Source of the DNA: Gemmatimonadota bacterium
GTDB taxonomy: Bacteria > Gemmatimonadota > Gemmatimonadetes > Gemmatimonadales > GWC2-71-9
Direction of reading: 5' to 3'
NCBI GenBank assembly: GCA_036679645.1
Contig: JAZDCY010000003.1
Location: forward strand, 1-44,054
Length of the DNA: 44,054 nucleotides
This document shows positions 1 to 8,749 of this stretch, piece by piece. The notes under the pieces are model-generated. The model worked only from the letters and a program-made list of their open reading frames with translations. It searched no databases and was not told the DNA's origin. The position numbers were made by a program, and so were the translations under genes. Position 1 is the stretch's first letter. The number at the start of each line of letters is the position of its first letter.

Positions 1-934
1 GGAGCTTAAGGACGTGACGGGGTTTGCGGGAGGGGGGGTGGTGACGCTGCGGGCTCCGGAACGGACGGTGGCGTTGAACGCGAGCGCCGGGCGGCGCGGC
101 TCGCTCGTGATCAGTGAGATCTACTTCAGCTGGCCCTTTATCAACGATAACGTGTACTTCAACGCCACCTATATCGAGCTGTACAACAACAGCGACACCA
201 CGATCTATCTCGACGGGAAGCTCGTGGGGCTAGGACCTCAGTGGCTCCGAGACTTCGGACAGACCCAACGAGGGTTCTTTCCCTGTTCGCTCACGGTGCA
301 GTGGCAGACGGATCCCGACGGCCTGTGGTCGCCAAACCTTATCCGGCTTCCCGGCGGCGGGACACAGTATCCCCTGGCGCCGGGAGCCGTAGTCCTGATC
401 GCCACCGACGCCATTGACCACAGCGCGGTGGACGCCCGGCTCCCGAACCTCACGAACGCCCGGTTCGAGTCCATCGGCTCGGCCGACGTGGACAATCCGG
501 CCGTGCCCAATACGACGACGATTGTCGAGGAGTTCCTGTCGTTCCTGGGCCGCGGCATGATTTTCCGCGTGTCACTAGGAGCCATCTACTTCGTTGCTGA
601 CCCGGTGGACCTAGCGGCGGTGCCTTGGATGCGTCCCGGAAGCTACAACAACACCATTCCGCGCATTCCGCGCGCGCAGATTCTGGACGTGTTCACGTCC
701 ATCGCCGCTCGCAGCATCTCGGATCCGCTGGGAGGGGACGAGAAGTACTGTGCGCAGAGTATCAATCCTGTGTTCGATTTACAGCGTGGGCGTTTCAACG
801 ATGGTGAGGGGTACTACTCCATCGTGCGGAACCGTCTCGGCATCTTTGACGGGCGCGTACTGCTGCAGCGGACGAAGACCTCCGCGCGGGACTTCGAGAG
901 AGTTGACTCACTGACGGCTGGGCGCGTCCCCTAG
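1..934 (+). CDS. DUF4876-like secreted protein/lipoprotein, 5'-partial (TonB receptor partner)
   Basis: Frame is open from the window edge. Motifs LVISEIYF, YIELYNNSDTTIYLDG, YPLAPG..VLIATDAIDH, DVDNPAVPN and C-terminal T..SARDF resemble DUF4876 proteins; a TBDR lies nearby. Confidence 0.75.
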   Translation, partial: ELKDVTGFAGGGVVTLRAPERTVALNASAGRRGSLVISEIYFSWPFINDNVYFNATYIELYNNSDTTIYLDGKLVGLGPQWLRDFGQTQRGFFPCSLTVQWQTDPDGLWSPNLIRLPGGGTQYPLAPGAVVLIATDAIDHSAVDARLPNLTNARFESIGSADVDNPAVPNTTTIVEEFLSFLGRGMIFRVSLGAIYFVADPVDLAAVPWMRPGSYNNTIPRIPRAQILDVFTSIAARSISDPLGGDEKYCAQSINPVFDLQRGRFNDGEGYYSIVRNRLGIFDGRVLLQRTKTSARDFERVDSLTAGRVP

Positions 935-1136
935 AATCTGCAAAGACTGAGAGTCGAGCGGGGCCGATTTCCACCGGAGTCGGCCTGCACGCGTCGTTGT
1001 CGGGGAACTGACAGTGACACGCGGCGGAGTTCTGCGTCGCCGACGATGCCACGGCTTGCTGGACACCGAAGCTGAGCGCCGCGAGAACCCCCAGGACTAC
1101 GGCCAGACGAAGCGTGCGGGTGAGTGTGCGTTTCAT
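795..1136 (-). CDS. Small secreted Cys-rich peptide precursor; true 3' end probably lost (meaningful part about 988-1136)
   Basis: Strong RBS GGAGGT just upstream of the ATG. Sec signal MKRTLTRTLRLAVVLGVLAALSFGVQQAVA, then ACHCQFPDNDAC. The ORF then runs through the hairpin into the opposite gene. Confidence 0.6.
   Translation of the reverse strand: MKRTLTRTLRLAVVLGVLAALSFGVQQAVASSATQNSAACHCQFPDNDACRPTPVEIGPARLSVFADSRGRAQPSVSQLSRSPARRSSSAAAVRARQRCRDGSARWSSTPHHR
958..989. terminator. Stem-loop between convergent genes (possible bidirectional terminator)
   Basis: GGCCGATTTCC-ACC-GGAGTCGGCC inverted repeat about 25 nt after the DUF4876 stop. Confidence 0.5.
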
Positions 1137-1178
1137 GATAACCTCCGTATAAGTAGTTGAGGGTGATGGACGCGCCTG

Positions 1179-1766
1179 TCAGGATCTGACGATACCCAGC
1201 ACGGCGAGCAGTGAATCCACAGTTTCCCTTCTCGTGATCGCTCCACCTCGACCGTAGAGCACCTGGCCGCCGGCACCGATCACGACAGTGATCGGCACAC
1301 CGATGGCGCGGTAGACCGCGGCGGTCCGCTCGTTCGGGAACCGGATTGCGGGAACGTCGAAGGCGTGCTCGGTCAGGTACGCCCGCGCCACACTGTCGGA
1401 ATCGAGCGAGACGGCGTACGGCTCAATCGCCACGGTGTCGGCCCGCATTCGTCGGACGACGTTCTTCCAATGCCGCAGCGTCTCACGGCAATACGGGCAT
1501 GCGGCGTTGAAGATCATGAGCAACTGCCGTCCGCCCTCCGGTGGATCTCCGATAAGCACCGAATCCCCCGCGAGAGTCGTCGTGCGGAAGGCGGGCACGA
1601 CGACTCCATCGTGCAGAATCCGCCGCTCGCGGCGTAGGTGCCGAACCTGCTCGCGCAACTCCCGGCTCTGCCCCGCGAGTACGACCACGAGTCCGGCGGC
1701 ACCGAGGAGCGCCGCCAAGACGAAAACGCGGACAGGCGTTCCGATAGGAACTTTCGGTAGTTCCAT
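1179..1766 (-). CDS. Membrane-anchored thioredoxin-fold protein (TlpA/peroxiredoxin-like)
   Basis: N-terminal TM helix, PAF.TTTL.G, CPYC motif, AVSLD, cis-Pro motif GVPITVVI. Start placed at MELPK. Confidence 0.8.
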   Translation of the reverse strand: MELPKVPIGTPVRVFVLAALLGAAGLVVVLAGQSRELREQVRHLRRERRILHDGVVVPAFRTTTLAGDSVLIGDPPEGGRQLLMIFNAACPYCRETLRHWKNVVRRMRADTVAIEPYAVSLDSDSVARAYLTEHAFDVPAIRFPNERTAAVYRAIGVPITVVIGAGGQVLYGRGGAITRRETVDSLLAVLGIVRS

Positions 1767-1931
1767 AGGAGGAAGAGTGTCCACAGAACGCCGGCACGGG
1801 AGCCCATCCGGTTGCCGGGTGGCAACGGCGGCGATGTTGCTCAGCTGCAATCTCAGCGCTCTCCCCATCGACCCATGGCGCGGCGGTTGGGCATGTGCAT
1901 ATTGCGCCCATACCCTCTTCGAGACCTTCCC

Positions 1932-4730
1932 GTGAAACGACTGCCGCTCCTGCTTGTGCTCGTCGCTGCCCCACTCTGGGCGCAGCAGACGGACCGCGCC
2001 GGCGTTACGGGAAGTGTCAGGCTCGCGGAGAGCGGCGTGCCAGTGCCGGGCGCGCTTGTCACCTTGGAGGGAACGCCCTACCGGACCCTCACCGACAGTG
2101 CCGGCGTCTATCGTTTCGTGGACGTGTCACCCGGCCCGCATGTGATCCTGGTCCGCCGCATCGGGTTCGCGCCCGCCCGCGTCCCGATAGTGGTGCCGAC
2201 CCGCGGAACGTTGCTACAGGATGTGACCCTGGCCAGAACGGCGCTGCAAATGCCGGACATCACGGTCACGGCAGAACCAGCCGGACGCGCCCGGGGTGAG
2301 CTGGGAACCGCGAGCGTGATCGACCGGGCGGCCATCGCCAACCAAGTGGCAACGAGCCTCCGCGGCGTCCTCGAGCTGCTCCCCGGCGTCCCCTCCCAGC
2401 CTCCGGGCCTGGAGGGGGTCCAGCAGGTCGGCCTGCGCAGCGTGCCCACGAGCCAGCCGGTGGGGTTCACGGCTGGGGGGCCGTCCGCTGCCGATCTCGC
2501 CTCGTTCGGTACCCTGATCATCCTGGACGGCGTACCCGTCTCGAACAACGCGAACCTCCAGAGCACCGGACCGCGCGGTGAGCTGGACTTCCTGCTCCAG
2601 AGTTCGGCGGGCGGGGGCGTGGATCTGCGGCGCATCCCGGCCTCGACCATCGAGCGCGTGGAGGTGATTCGCGGAATCCCCTCCGCTCGGTACGGCGACC
2701 TCACGCAAGGCGTCGTCATCGTGGAGACGCGCGCCGGCGTCGCCGGGCCGGAAATTGCGGGCAGGCTCGACGAGCGGACCGTGGAGACCAGTCTCGTCGG
2801 TGGGCGCCGGCTGGGCGGCGCCCACGCCGTGACCGCAACGGTGGATGCGGTCCGCACCCGGCTCCGCCCCGGCCTCACGGCCGAGGACGCCACGCGCGTC
2901 GCTGTCCAGCTCGCCCACCGGCTACAGCTCGGGCCCGCGCGCTACGGAGCGGAACCTGCGCTCAACTCGCGCCTCGATCTCTTCCGGCTGGCGGCGGACA
3001 ACCCGGAGCGACCGGAGGTGTTCCCCGGACGTGCCTCGGCATCGCAGGAGTTCGGCCTCCGGCTGTCGGAACGGCTGCGTCTGGGTCTCGGGACCCGTGG
3101 GGTGCTGACCGTGACGGCCTCGGCCGACTACGTGCGGAGCCGCGCGTCGGTCCAGGCACTGCGGTTGCGCAGTGCATTGCCGTTCACGGACCGCACGACC
3201 GAGGGCCGCGCAACCGGTCGGTATGTCATCGGCGAGTACCTGTCTGATCTGCGCATCGAGGGGGACGCGTGGCAGCTCTATTCGCGGCTCGAAGCGGATC
3301 GGATGTTCGGCGGCTTCGGCTTCGATCACCGGTTCCTGGCCGGCGTTGAGCTGCGGCGGGAGTGGAACGACGGAGCCGGGATCTTGTTCGATATCGAGCG
3401 CCCGGCTCAGGTGACGTTCAACGGCGTGCAAGGCTTCGACCGGCCGCGACGGTTCGACGCGATCCCGCCGGTCGCGACGACCGCCATCTACGTAGACGAC
3501 CGGCTGGTCCGGGCGTTCGGACCGGTCACCGCCACGCTGCAGGCGGGCTTGCGCGCGGACCTGTTCCACCGCGGCACGACCTGGTTCTCCGGCGTCCGCA
3601 GTGCGGTGCTGCAACCTCGGCTGAACGCCGAGCTGGCGCCCGCGCCCTGGCTGCGCCTCCGGGCAGGGATCGGCCGCACCGCCAAGGTGCCCAGCGTGGG
3701 GAGCCTCTTTCCGACACGGCAGTTCTTCGACGTCGTGAACGTGAACTGGTTCACGACGGACCCTGCCGAGCGGCTCGCCGTGCTGACCACCTTCGTGCGG
3801 GACCCCACCAACCCGGATCTCGGCTTTGCGGTGGGCAGCAAGCGGGAGGCCGGCGTCCAGATCGTGACTGGGCGGCGGGGGCTCACGCTGGACGTCGTGA
3901 CCTTCCGCGACCGGACGCGCGGCGGTGTGGGCTTCCGATCCGAGCCGGGGTTTCTGGTGCGCGAGCTCTTCGATTTCGCCGACTCCACGACCGGAACCGG
4001 GCAGCCGCCTACGCTGATCGAGCCGGCAACGCGAGCGGACACGGTGCCGATCCTGCTCGACGTCCCCGCCAACGCGCTCACCCTCGATAACCGCGGCGTC
4101 GAGGCTACGCTCCAGCTTCCGGAGATCAGGCCGTTGCGTCTCCGTCTCCACGTACAAGGTGCGTGGGTCAAGACCGACTTCGCGAGCGAAGGACTGGATT
4201 TCGGCCGTGGCTTCGGGACCTTCCAAGTGAACGGCGCCATCCCCCGCACACCCTACTGGGACGGCGTCACCCGCAAGAGCGAACGGTTCCTGCTGACCTA
4301 TCGGCTGGTACATCACCGGCCCGATCTGGGTCTCGTGATCACCGTTCTGGTCGAGCACATCGCGCGTGACGTGCGCGAGGACAGCGTCGGCGCTGACACG
4401 CTGAGCTTCGCCGGGTACATCACGCGGACGGGCCAGCTGGTGCCGGTGCCGTCCGCACGCAGGGGCGATCCCGAGTTCGCCGACCTGCGCGTGGCGCGCG
4501 GCGGCTCGTTCGCGCGACAGGAGGTACCCGCGGACTGGTTCCTGACGCTGCAGGTCAGCAAAACGCTGCCGCTCGGCGGGCGACTCTCGTTCTACGCCTT
4601 CAACGCGCTCGACCGTCAGGGACGCATCGCCAGCGCGATCGCGGCGCGCACGTTCCCGCGCCTGCGCTTCGGGCTCGAGGTGACGCTGCCGCTCGGATCG
4701 CTGCTTGGAGCCGGGGGAGGCCTGCCGTGA
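1932..4730 (+). CDS. TonB-dependent receptor with N-terminal carboxypeptidase-regulatory-like domain
   Basis: Signal peptide from GTG 1932; PVPGALVTL..TDSAGVYRF; plug motif GGGVDLRRIPASTIERVEVIRGIPSARYGDLTQGVVIVET; beta-barrel ending RFGLEVTL. Confidence 0.9.
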   Translation: MKRLPLLLVLVAAPLWAQQTDRAGVTGSVRLAESGVPVPGALVTLEGTPYRTLTDSAGVYRFVDVSPGPHVILVRRIGFAPARVPIVVPTRGTLLQDVTLARTALQMPDITVTAEPAGRARGELGTASVIDRAAIANQVATSLRGVLELLPGVPSQPPGLEGVQQVGLRSVPTSQPVGFTAGGPSAADLASFGTLIILDGVPVSNNANLQSTGPRGELDFLLQSSAGGGVDLRRIPASTIERVEVIRGIPSARYGDLTQGVVIVETRAGVAGPEIAGRLDERTVETSLVGGRRLGGAHAVTATVDAVRTRLRPGLTAEDATRVAVQLAHRLQLGPARYGAEPALNSRLDLFRLAADNPERPEVFPGRASASQEFGLRLSERLRLGLGTRGVLTVTASADYVRSRASVQALRLRSALPFTDRTTEGRATGRYVIGEYLSDLRIEGDAWQLYSRLEADRMFGGFGFDHRFLAGVELRREWNDGAGILFDIERPAQVTFNGVQGFDRPRRFDAIPPVATTAIYVDDRLVRAFGPVTATLQAGLRADLFHRGTTWFSGVRSAVLQPRLNAELAPAPWLRLRAGIGRTAKVPSVGSLFPTRQFFDVVNVNWFTTDPAERLAVLTTFVRDPTNPDLGFAVGSKREAGVQIVTGRRGLTLDVVTFRDRTRGGVGFRSEPGFLVRELFDFADSTTGTGQPPTLIEPATRADTVPILLDVPANALTLDNRGVEATLQLPEIRPLRLRLHVQGAWVKTDFASEGLDFGRGFGTFQVNGAIPRTPYWDGVTRKSERFLLTYRLVHHRPDLGLVITVLVEHIARDVREDSVGADTLSFAGYITRTGQLVPVPSARRGDPEFADLRVARGGSFARQEVPADWFLTLQVSKTLPLGGRLSFYAFNALDRQGRIASAIAARTFPRLRFGLEVTLPLGSLLGAGGGLP

Positions 4731-6334
4731 GGCCAGCGACCTGGTCCCTGGTGCTCGCTGGGCTGGCCGCCTGCGCGGGGCGGAGCGCCGCGCAAACGCC
4801 GGAACCGATCCGCGCAATGCCCCCATGGATGAGCGGATGGAGTCCGCTGGTCCGGCTGGCGGATATCGGCCGGCGGCTGCCCGGGACTCCCGCCTTCAGC
4901 GACGTGCTGGCCGCGCCGCCCCCGCGTATCGGACTCTTCTGGACGGCGGGGATTCCGGTCGGGGTTGGGGCGGACGTGATTGAGCCGAGGCTCGAAGCGC
5001 GGGCGGGACGGGTCGGCGGCCATGGACCTTTCCGGCGCGCGCTCGATGTCGATGCCGACGGCGCGTCCCGCGTCACGGGCGTTGGATGGCGTCCGGTGGG
5101 GCGCGGCGCGGTCGCGGGCCGCGTCATCGCCGCGCTGCGGGCTGTCGATGCGGCAGGCCATGCGGCGATGCTCGATCCCCATCGCAGCGATCCGTTCGTC
5201 CTCGCAGACAGCGCGCTCCCCGCGATGCGACGGCTCCAAGCGCAGCTCGAGGGGGCAGCGGCGTGGCGACTCGGCAGACTGGACGCGGGCTTCGCCGCCG
5301 GCATTGCGGTGGACGACTACCGGACGCAGGAAGCACGCTTCCCGCGGTTGGGCCGGGCGTCGCTGCCGGCGCTGGGAGCTGGGCTCGCGATCCGGCTTCC
5401 GCTCGCGCTGCGCGCCGCTGTGCACGCGCGGTGGACGGGCGGCGCAGAGACATGGATCCTTTCGGCGCAGCCGGGAGTGGGCGAGGTATATCGGCTCGCC
5501 GGCTACAGCGATCCGACACGCGCGGTCGTCCAGCCCCCCCTTTTCGCGTTCCGGCGTGCCGATCGCGAGGCCAATGCCTTTGGCGGCGGCCTGGAGGGCC
5601 GCCTCCTCGGCGCGCGTTGGGTTGTCCATGCTCGACGCGAGCGGCGCACCAACTCCTACATGAGCACACGCGACGTAAACCCACCGACGGATCGCTGGAG
5701 GGCCCGGGGCTGGACGGTGGGAGCAGCGATTCAGGCCCGGGTGCCGGGCGATGCCTTCCTGCTGACCGCGCAGACGCGTTCGCGCACCGTCACCGGCGAG
5801 GGACGACGGTCGGATCTGGAGGGAATCTTTTTCCGAGCGAAGGAACAAATCGTCGAGAGTTCGGCCGAGTTGTGGTACCGGCCGCGCGGCGGGGCATGGC
5901 GCGGGGCAGCCGCGTTCCATCTGCGACGCGAGAACATGCAGCGTCGCGATTTCATCGTCGACGTCTACACGGACATCCAGAGCTGGACCATCGCCGGTCG
6001 ACTGGAGATCGCTCGGGATTTCGGGCGAGTTTCGGCGGGAGTTGGGCTGGCGGTGGCAGGTTACACCCCCAGTGCGGCCATCCCCGATCCTGCCGCGATG
6101 GGCCCGCTGTACCAGCAGCTCGTGGCCCAGGAGAACTCCCTGTACGTCCTACCATCTCTCCCGTACTCCGCCCGGTTGGGGCTTGCATGGAACGCAAATG
6201 CCAACACGACCGTCGCGGTCGACGCCGCGCGGGAGCGTGTGACTCGTCGCGGGAGCGCCATCGACGTGGCGTTTGCCCCCACTGGAGCGTACACGCGATG
6301 GGCGGTCGAGCTGCGGGTGGTGATGAGTCGCTAG
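4727..6334 (+). CDS. Outer-membrane beta-barrel protein (DUF6850-like)
   Basis: GTGA overlap with the TBDR stop, signal/lipobox LAAC, amphipathic strands, PF.L.D and YR...P motifs; position typical of TBDR-DUF4876-barrel loci. Confidence 0.6.
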   Translation: MRPATWSLVLAGLAACAGRSAAQTPEPIRAMPPWMSGWSPLVRLADIGRRLPGTPAFSDVLAAPPPRIGLFWTAGIPVGVGADVIEPRLEARAGRVGGHGPFRRALDVDADGASRVTGVGWRPVGRGAVAGRVIAALRAVDAAGHAAMLDPHRSDPFVLADSALPAMRRLQAQLEGAAAWRLGRLDAGFAAGIAVDDYRTQEARFPRLGRASLPALGAGLAIRLPLALRAAVHARWTGGAETWILSAQPGVGEVYRLAGYSDPTRAVVQPPLFAFRRADREANAFGGGLEGRLLGARWVVHARRERRTNSYMSTRDVNPPTDRWRARGWTVGAAIQARVPGDAFLLTAQTRSRTVTGEGRRSDLEGIFFRAKEQIVESSAELWYRPRGGAWRGAAAFHLRRENMQRRDFIVDVYTDIQSWTIAGRLEIARDFGRVSAGVGLAVAGYTPSAAIPDPAAMGPLYQQLVAQENSLYVLPSLPYSARLGLAWNANANTTVAVDAARERVTRRGSAIDVAFAPTGAYTRWAVELRVVMSR

Positions 6335-6343
6335 CTCCGCAAG

Positions 6344-6367
6344 AAAACGCCGCCGCGAGGCGGCGCT
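6344..6367. terminator. GC hairpin after the barrel gene
   Basis: AAAA-CGCCGCC-GCGA-GGCGGCG. Confidence 0.5.
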
Positions 6368-6486
6368 ACGCCTACGCACAGCTCTGAAGCATGACCTACA
6401 TTGGCAGATCCGAACGTGAGTAGCCACTCACTCATGGCCGAGTTTCGGCGATATTCGGGTCCGCTACGCTAACCTTAAAGTGCGGT

Positions 6487-6511
6487 TAAGCCTTTATCAG
6501 TAAACGTCTTA
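6487..6511. promoter_or_regulatory. AT-rich dyad TAAG-N3-TT-N7-AA-N3-CTTA upstream of holB
   Basis: TAAG CCT TT ATCAGTA AA CGT CTTA read directly; binding protein unknown. Confidence 0.35.
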
Positions 6512-6560
6512 CAAGAAAGTAGCTACCCCGGCAGGCTTTCCGCGTGTAGATTTGTGCCTG

Positions 6561-7616
6561 ATGAGTTTAAGAGCTATTTACGGTCACCGTGACCTCTTGA
6601 ACCGGCTGGGGAGCGCTATCGCCTCCAGCCGGTTCCCGCAATCGGCCCTAATGGTCGGAGCGCGGGGGGTCGGCAAGCAACGTCTGGCCCTCTGGATCGC
6701 CCAGACGCTGTTGTGTGACCGCTCCGACCATGGGCCATGTGACGAGTGCGAGTCGTGCCGCTTGGCAGCGGGAATTGTCCACCCCGACCTGCACTGGTTC
6801 GTGCCCATCACGCGTCCCAAGGCGGGCGATCCGGACAAGCAGGTCGCCGAGGCCCGCGATCTCCTCGGTGAGGCCATCGCGGAGCGCCGAGATGGCCTCA
6901 CACCGGCCGTTGCGCCAATGACCAGCCATCCGCTGGCCTCCATCCGGTTGCTGCAGCGTACGACGGCCATGAAGCCGTTTCGGGGCCCGCGCAAGGTCAT
7001 CGTGCTGGGCGACGCAGAGCGACTCGTAGTACAGGAGGCCAGCCAGGAGGCGGCCAACGCGCTGCTCAAGGTGCTGGAGGAGCCTCCGGCCAGTACGACG
7101 CTCGTCCTGACGGCGGCGGAGCCGCAGGCCCTGCTCCCGACCATTCGGTCGCGGGTGGTGCCAATCCGCGTAGGCCGGGTTACCGACGACGACGTAGCCG
7201 CGTTCCTCCAGGCGGAGACAGACACGGGTGAAGCCGGCGCACTCGAGCGACGCGTGGCGCTAGCGGCCGGCTCGATTGGCCGGGCGCTCTGGTCGGACGA
7301 TCGGGGAGCGACGGCGGAGCGCGCCGCGGCGAGCTTCCTGGAGAGCGTGCGTGCCGGACCGAGACGCCGGTCGGAGAGCGCGCTGGCGCAGGCACCGTGG
7401 TCAGCCAGGGGCGCGTTCAGTGAGATGCTCGATGCGCTGGCTGTCACCCTACGGGGAGAGGCACAGCACGAGGCGCAGGCTGGTGATACGAAGAGCCTCG
7501 AGCAACGTGTCCGGGCCATGCGCCGGGTGGAGCAGATCCGGGCCGACGCCGCGGGGAACCTCAACCCGCAACTGGCGCTGGCAGTGCTGGCGCGGGATCT
7601 GGAGCCGTTCGTATGA
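6561..7616 (+). CDS. holB: DNA polymerase III subunit delta'
   Basis: G..GVGK, Zn motif C..PCDECESC, HPDLH, AANALLKVLEEPP, LLPTIRSR. Confidence 0.92.
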   Translation: MSLRAIYGHRDLLNRLGSAIASSRFPQSALMVGARGVGKQRLALWIAQTLLCDRSDHGPCDECESCRLAAGIVHPDLHWFVPITRPKAGDPDKQVAEARDLLGEAIAERRDGLTPAVAPMTSHPLASIRLLQRTTAMKPFRGPRKVIVLGDAERLVVQEASQEAANALLKVLEEPPASTTLVLTAAEPQALLPTIRSRVVPIRVGRVTDDDVAAFLQAETDTGEAGALERRVALAAGSIGRALWSDDRGATAERAAASFLESVRAGPRRRSESALAQAPWSARGAFSEMLDALAVTLRGEAQHEAQAGDTKSLEQRVRAMRRVEQIRADAAGNLNPQLALAVLARDLEPFV

Positions 7617-8089
7617 CGCTGTCCCATGTCGATGCTGAGGGCCGCGCACGCATGGTCGATGTCGGTGGCAAACCCGTCACCGAGCGTCGCGCTACCGCCG
7701 CGGGAACCATTGCCATGTCGGCAGAGGCCTACGAGCAGGTCGAGCGAAACTCCGGGCCCAAAGGAGACGTTCTCTCAACGGCGGAGCTGGCGGGGACGAT
7801 GGCGGCAAAGCGGACCGGGAATCTCATCCCGCTGTGCCACCCCATCGGCCTGGACCACGTGGCGGTCCATGCGACGCTCGACGCCGACCTGCCCGGCGTG
7901 AAGGTGCAGGCGACAGCCCGGGCAACCGGTAGAACGGGCGTGGAAATGGAGGCCCTCACCGCCGTGAGCGTAGCCTTGCTCACGGTCTATGACATGGTGA
8001 AGGCCGTCGGCCACGACCTGCGGATTGGTGACATCGTGCTCATCGAGAAATCGGGCGGCACTTCAGGAGATTGGCAAAGGAGTTTGTGA
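7613..8089 (+). CDS. moaC: Cyclic pyranopterin monophosphate synthase
   Basis: LSHVD..GRARMVDV, KGDVL, LIPLCHP, TGVEMEALT, YDMVKAV, KSGG. Confidence 0.97.
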   Translation: MTLSHVDAEGRARMVDVGGKPVTERRATAAGTIAMSAEAYEQVERNSGPKGDVLSTAELAGTMAAKRTGNLIPLCHPIGLDHVAVHATLDADLPGVKVQATARATGRTGVEMEALTAVSVALLTVYDMVKAVGHDLRIGDIVLIEKSGGTSGDWQRSL

Positions 8090-8748
8090 TGGTATATACG
8101 CAGCGGCTCATGTTACGTGGCTTGGGGATCTTCGTTGCACTCGTCGCCGTGGGCGGAGCAATCACGCTCGGGCCCGAGCGGGCGACGGCGGTTCATGATC
8201 CACCCTACACGGGGACGGCCGCCACGGAGGAGTTCGCGCGGCTGCGAGGCTCGCTGGACGCCACCAGCGGCGAGCTGGAGATCACGCAAATCGAGTTACG
8301 GCGCGCGCGGGCGCTCATCGAGTACTCGGCCGAGTTCGGTATCCCCACGGATTTCACCGCCATGATCTACGACGCGGCATTACGGGTAGGTCTCGATCCC
8401 AATCTCGCATTTCAGATTGTCCGCATAGAGAGCAACTTCAACCCGCGTGCCCATAGTAAGGCTGGCGCCATTGGGCTGGTCCAGGTCATGCCGGCGACGG
8501 CGGTCTATTACGATCCGTCGGTCGAGGCGGACGATCTCTACGACCCCGCGACGAACCTCCGTATTGGGCTGCGGTTCTTCCGCGATCTCCTGGATCGGTA
8601 CGAGGGCGACCTGCGGTTGGCGCTGCTGGCCTACAACCGGGGACCCAGCCGGCTCGGGGAACTACTGCGGCGCGGTGTGGACCCAGCAAACGGCTATGCG
8701 ACCAGTGTGATCGACGGCTACCGTCAGCGAGGGCCGACGCTTCGCTAG
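8089..8748 (+). CDS. Lytic transglycosylase (SLT domain), membrane anchored
   Basis: IESNFNPRA.S.AGAIGLVQVMP, NLRIG, ALLAYNRG; RBS AAGGAG. Confidence 0.9.
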   Translation: MVYTQRLMLRGLGIFVALVAVGGAITLGPERATAVHDPPYTGTAATEEFARLRGSLDATSGELEITQIELRRARALIEYSAEFGIPTDFTAMIYDAALRVGLDPNLAFQIVRIESNFNPRAHSKAGAIGLVQVMPATAVYYDPSVEADDLYDPATNLRIGLRFFRDLLDRYEGDLRLALLAYNRGPSRLGELLRRGVDPANGYATSVIDGYRQRGPTLR

Positions 8749-8749
8749 C

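Noticed and set aside
2922..4826. Long antisense and alternate-frame ORFs (also 4616-5920, 14201-15427, 17321-18628, 27243-28718, 33395-34081)
   Set aside because: Shadow ORFs expected in high-GC DNA opposite well-supported genes; no motifs.
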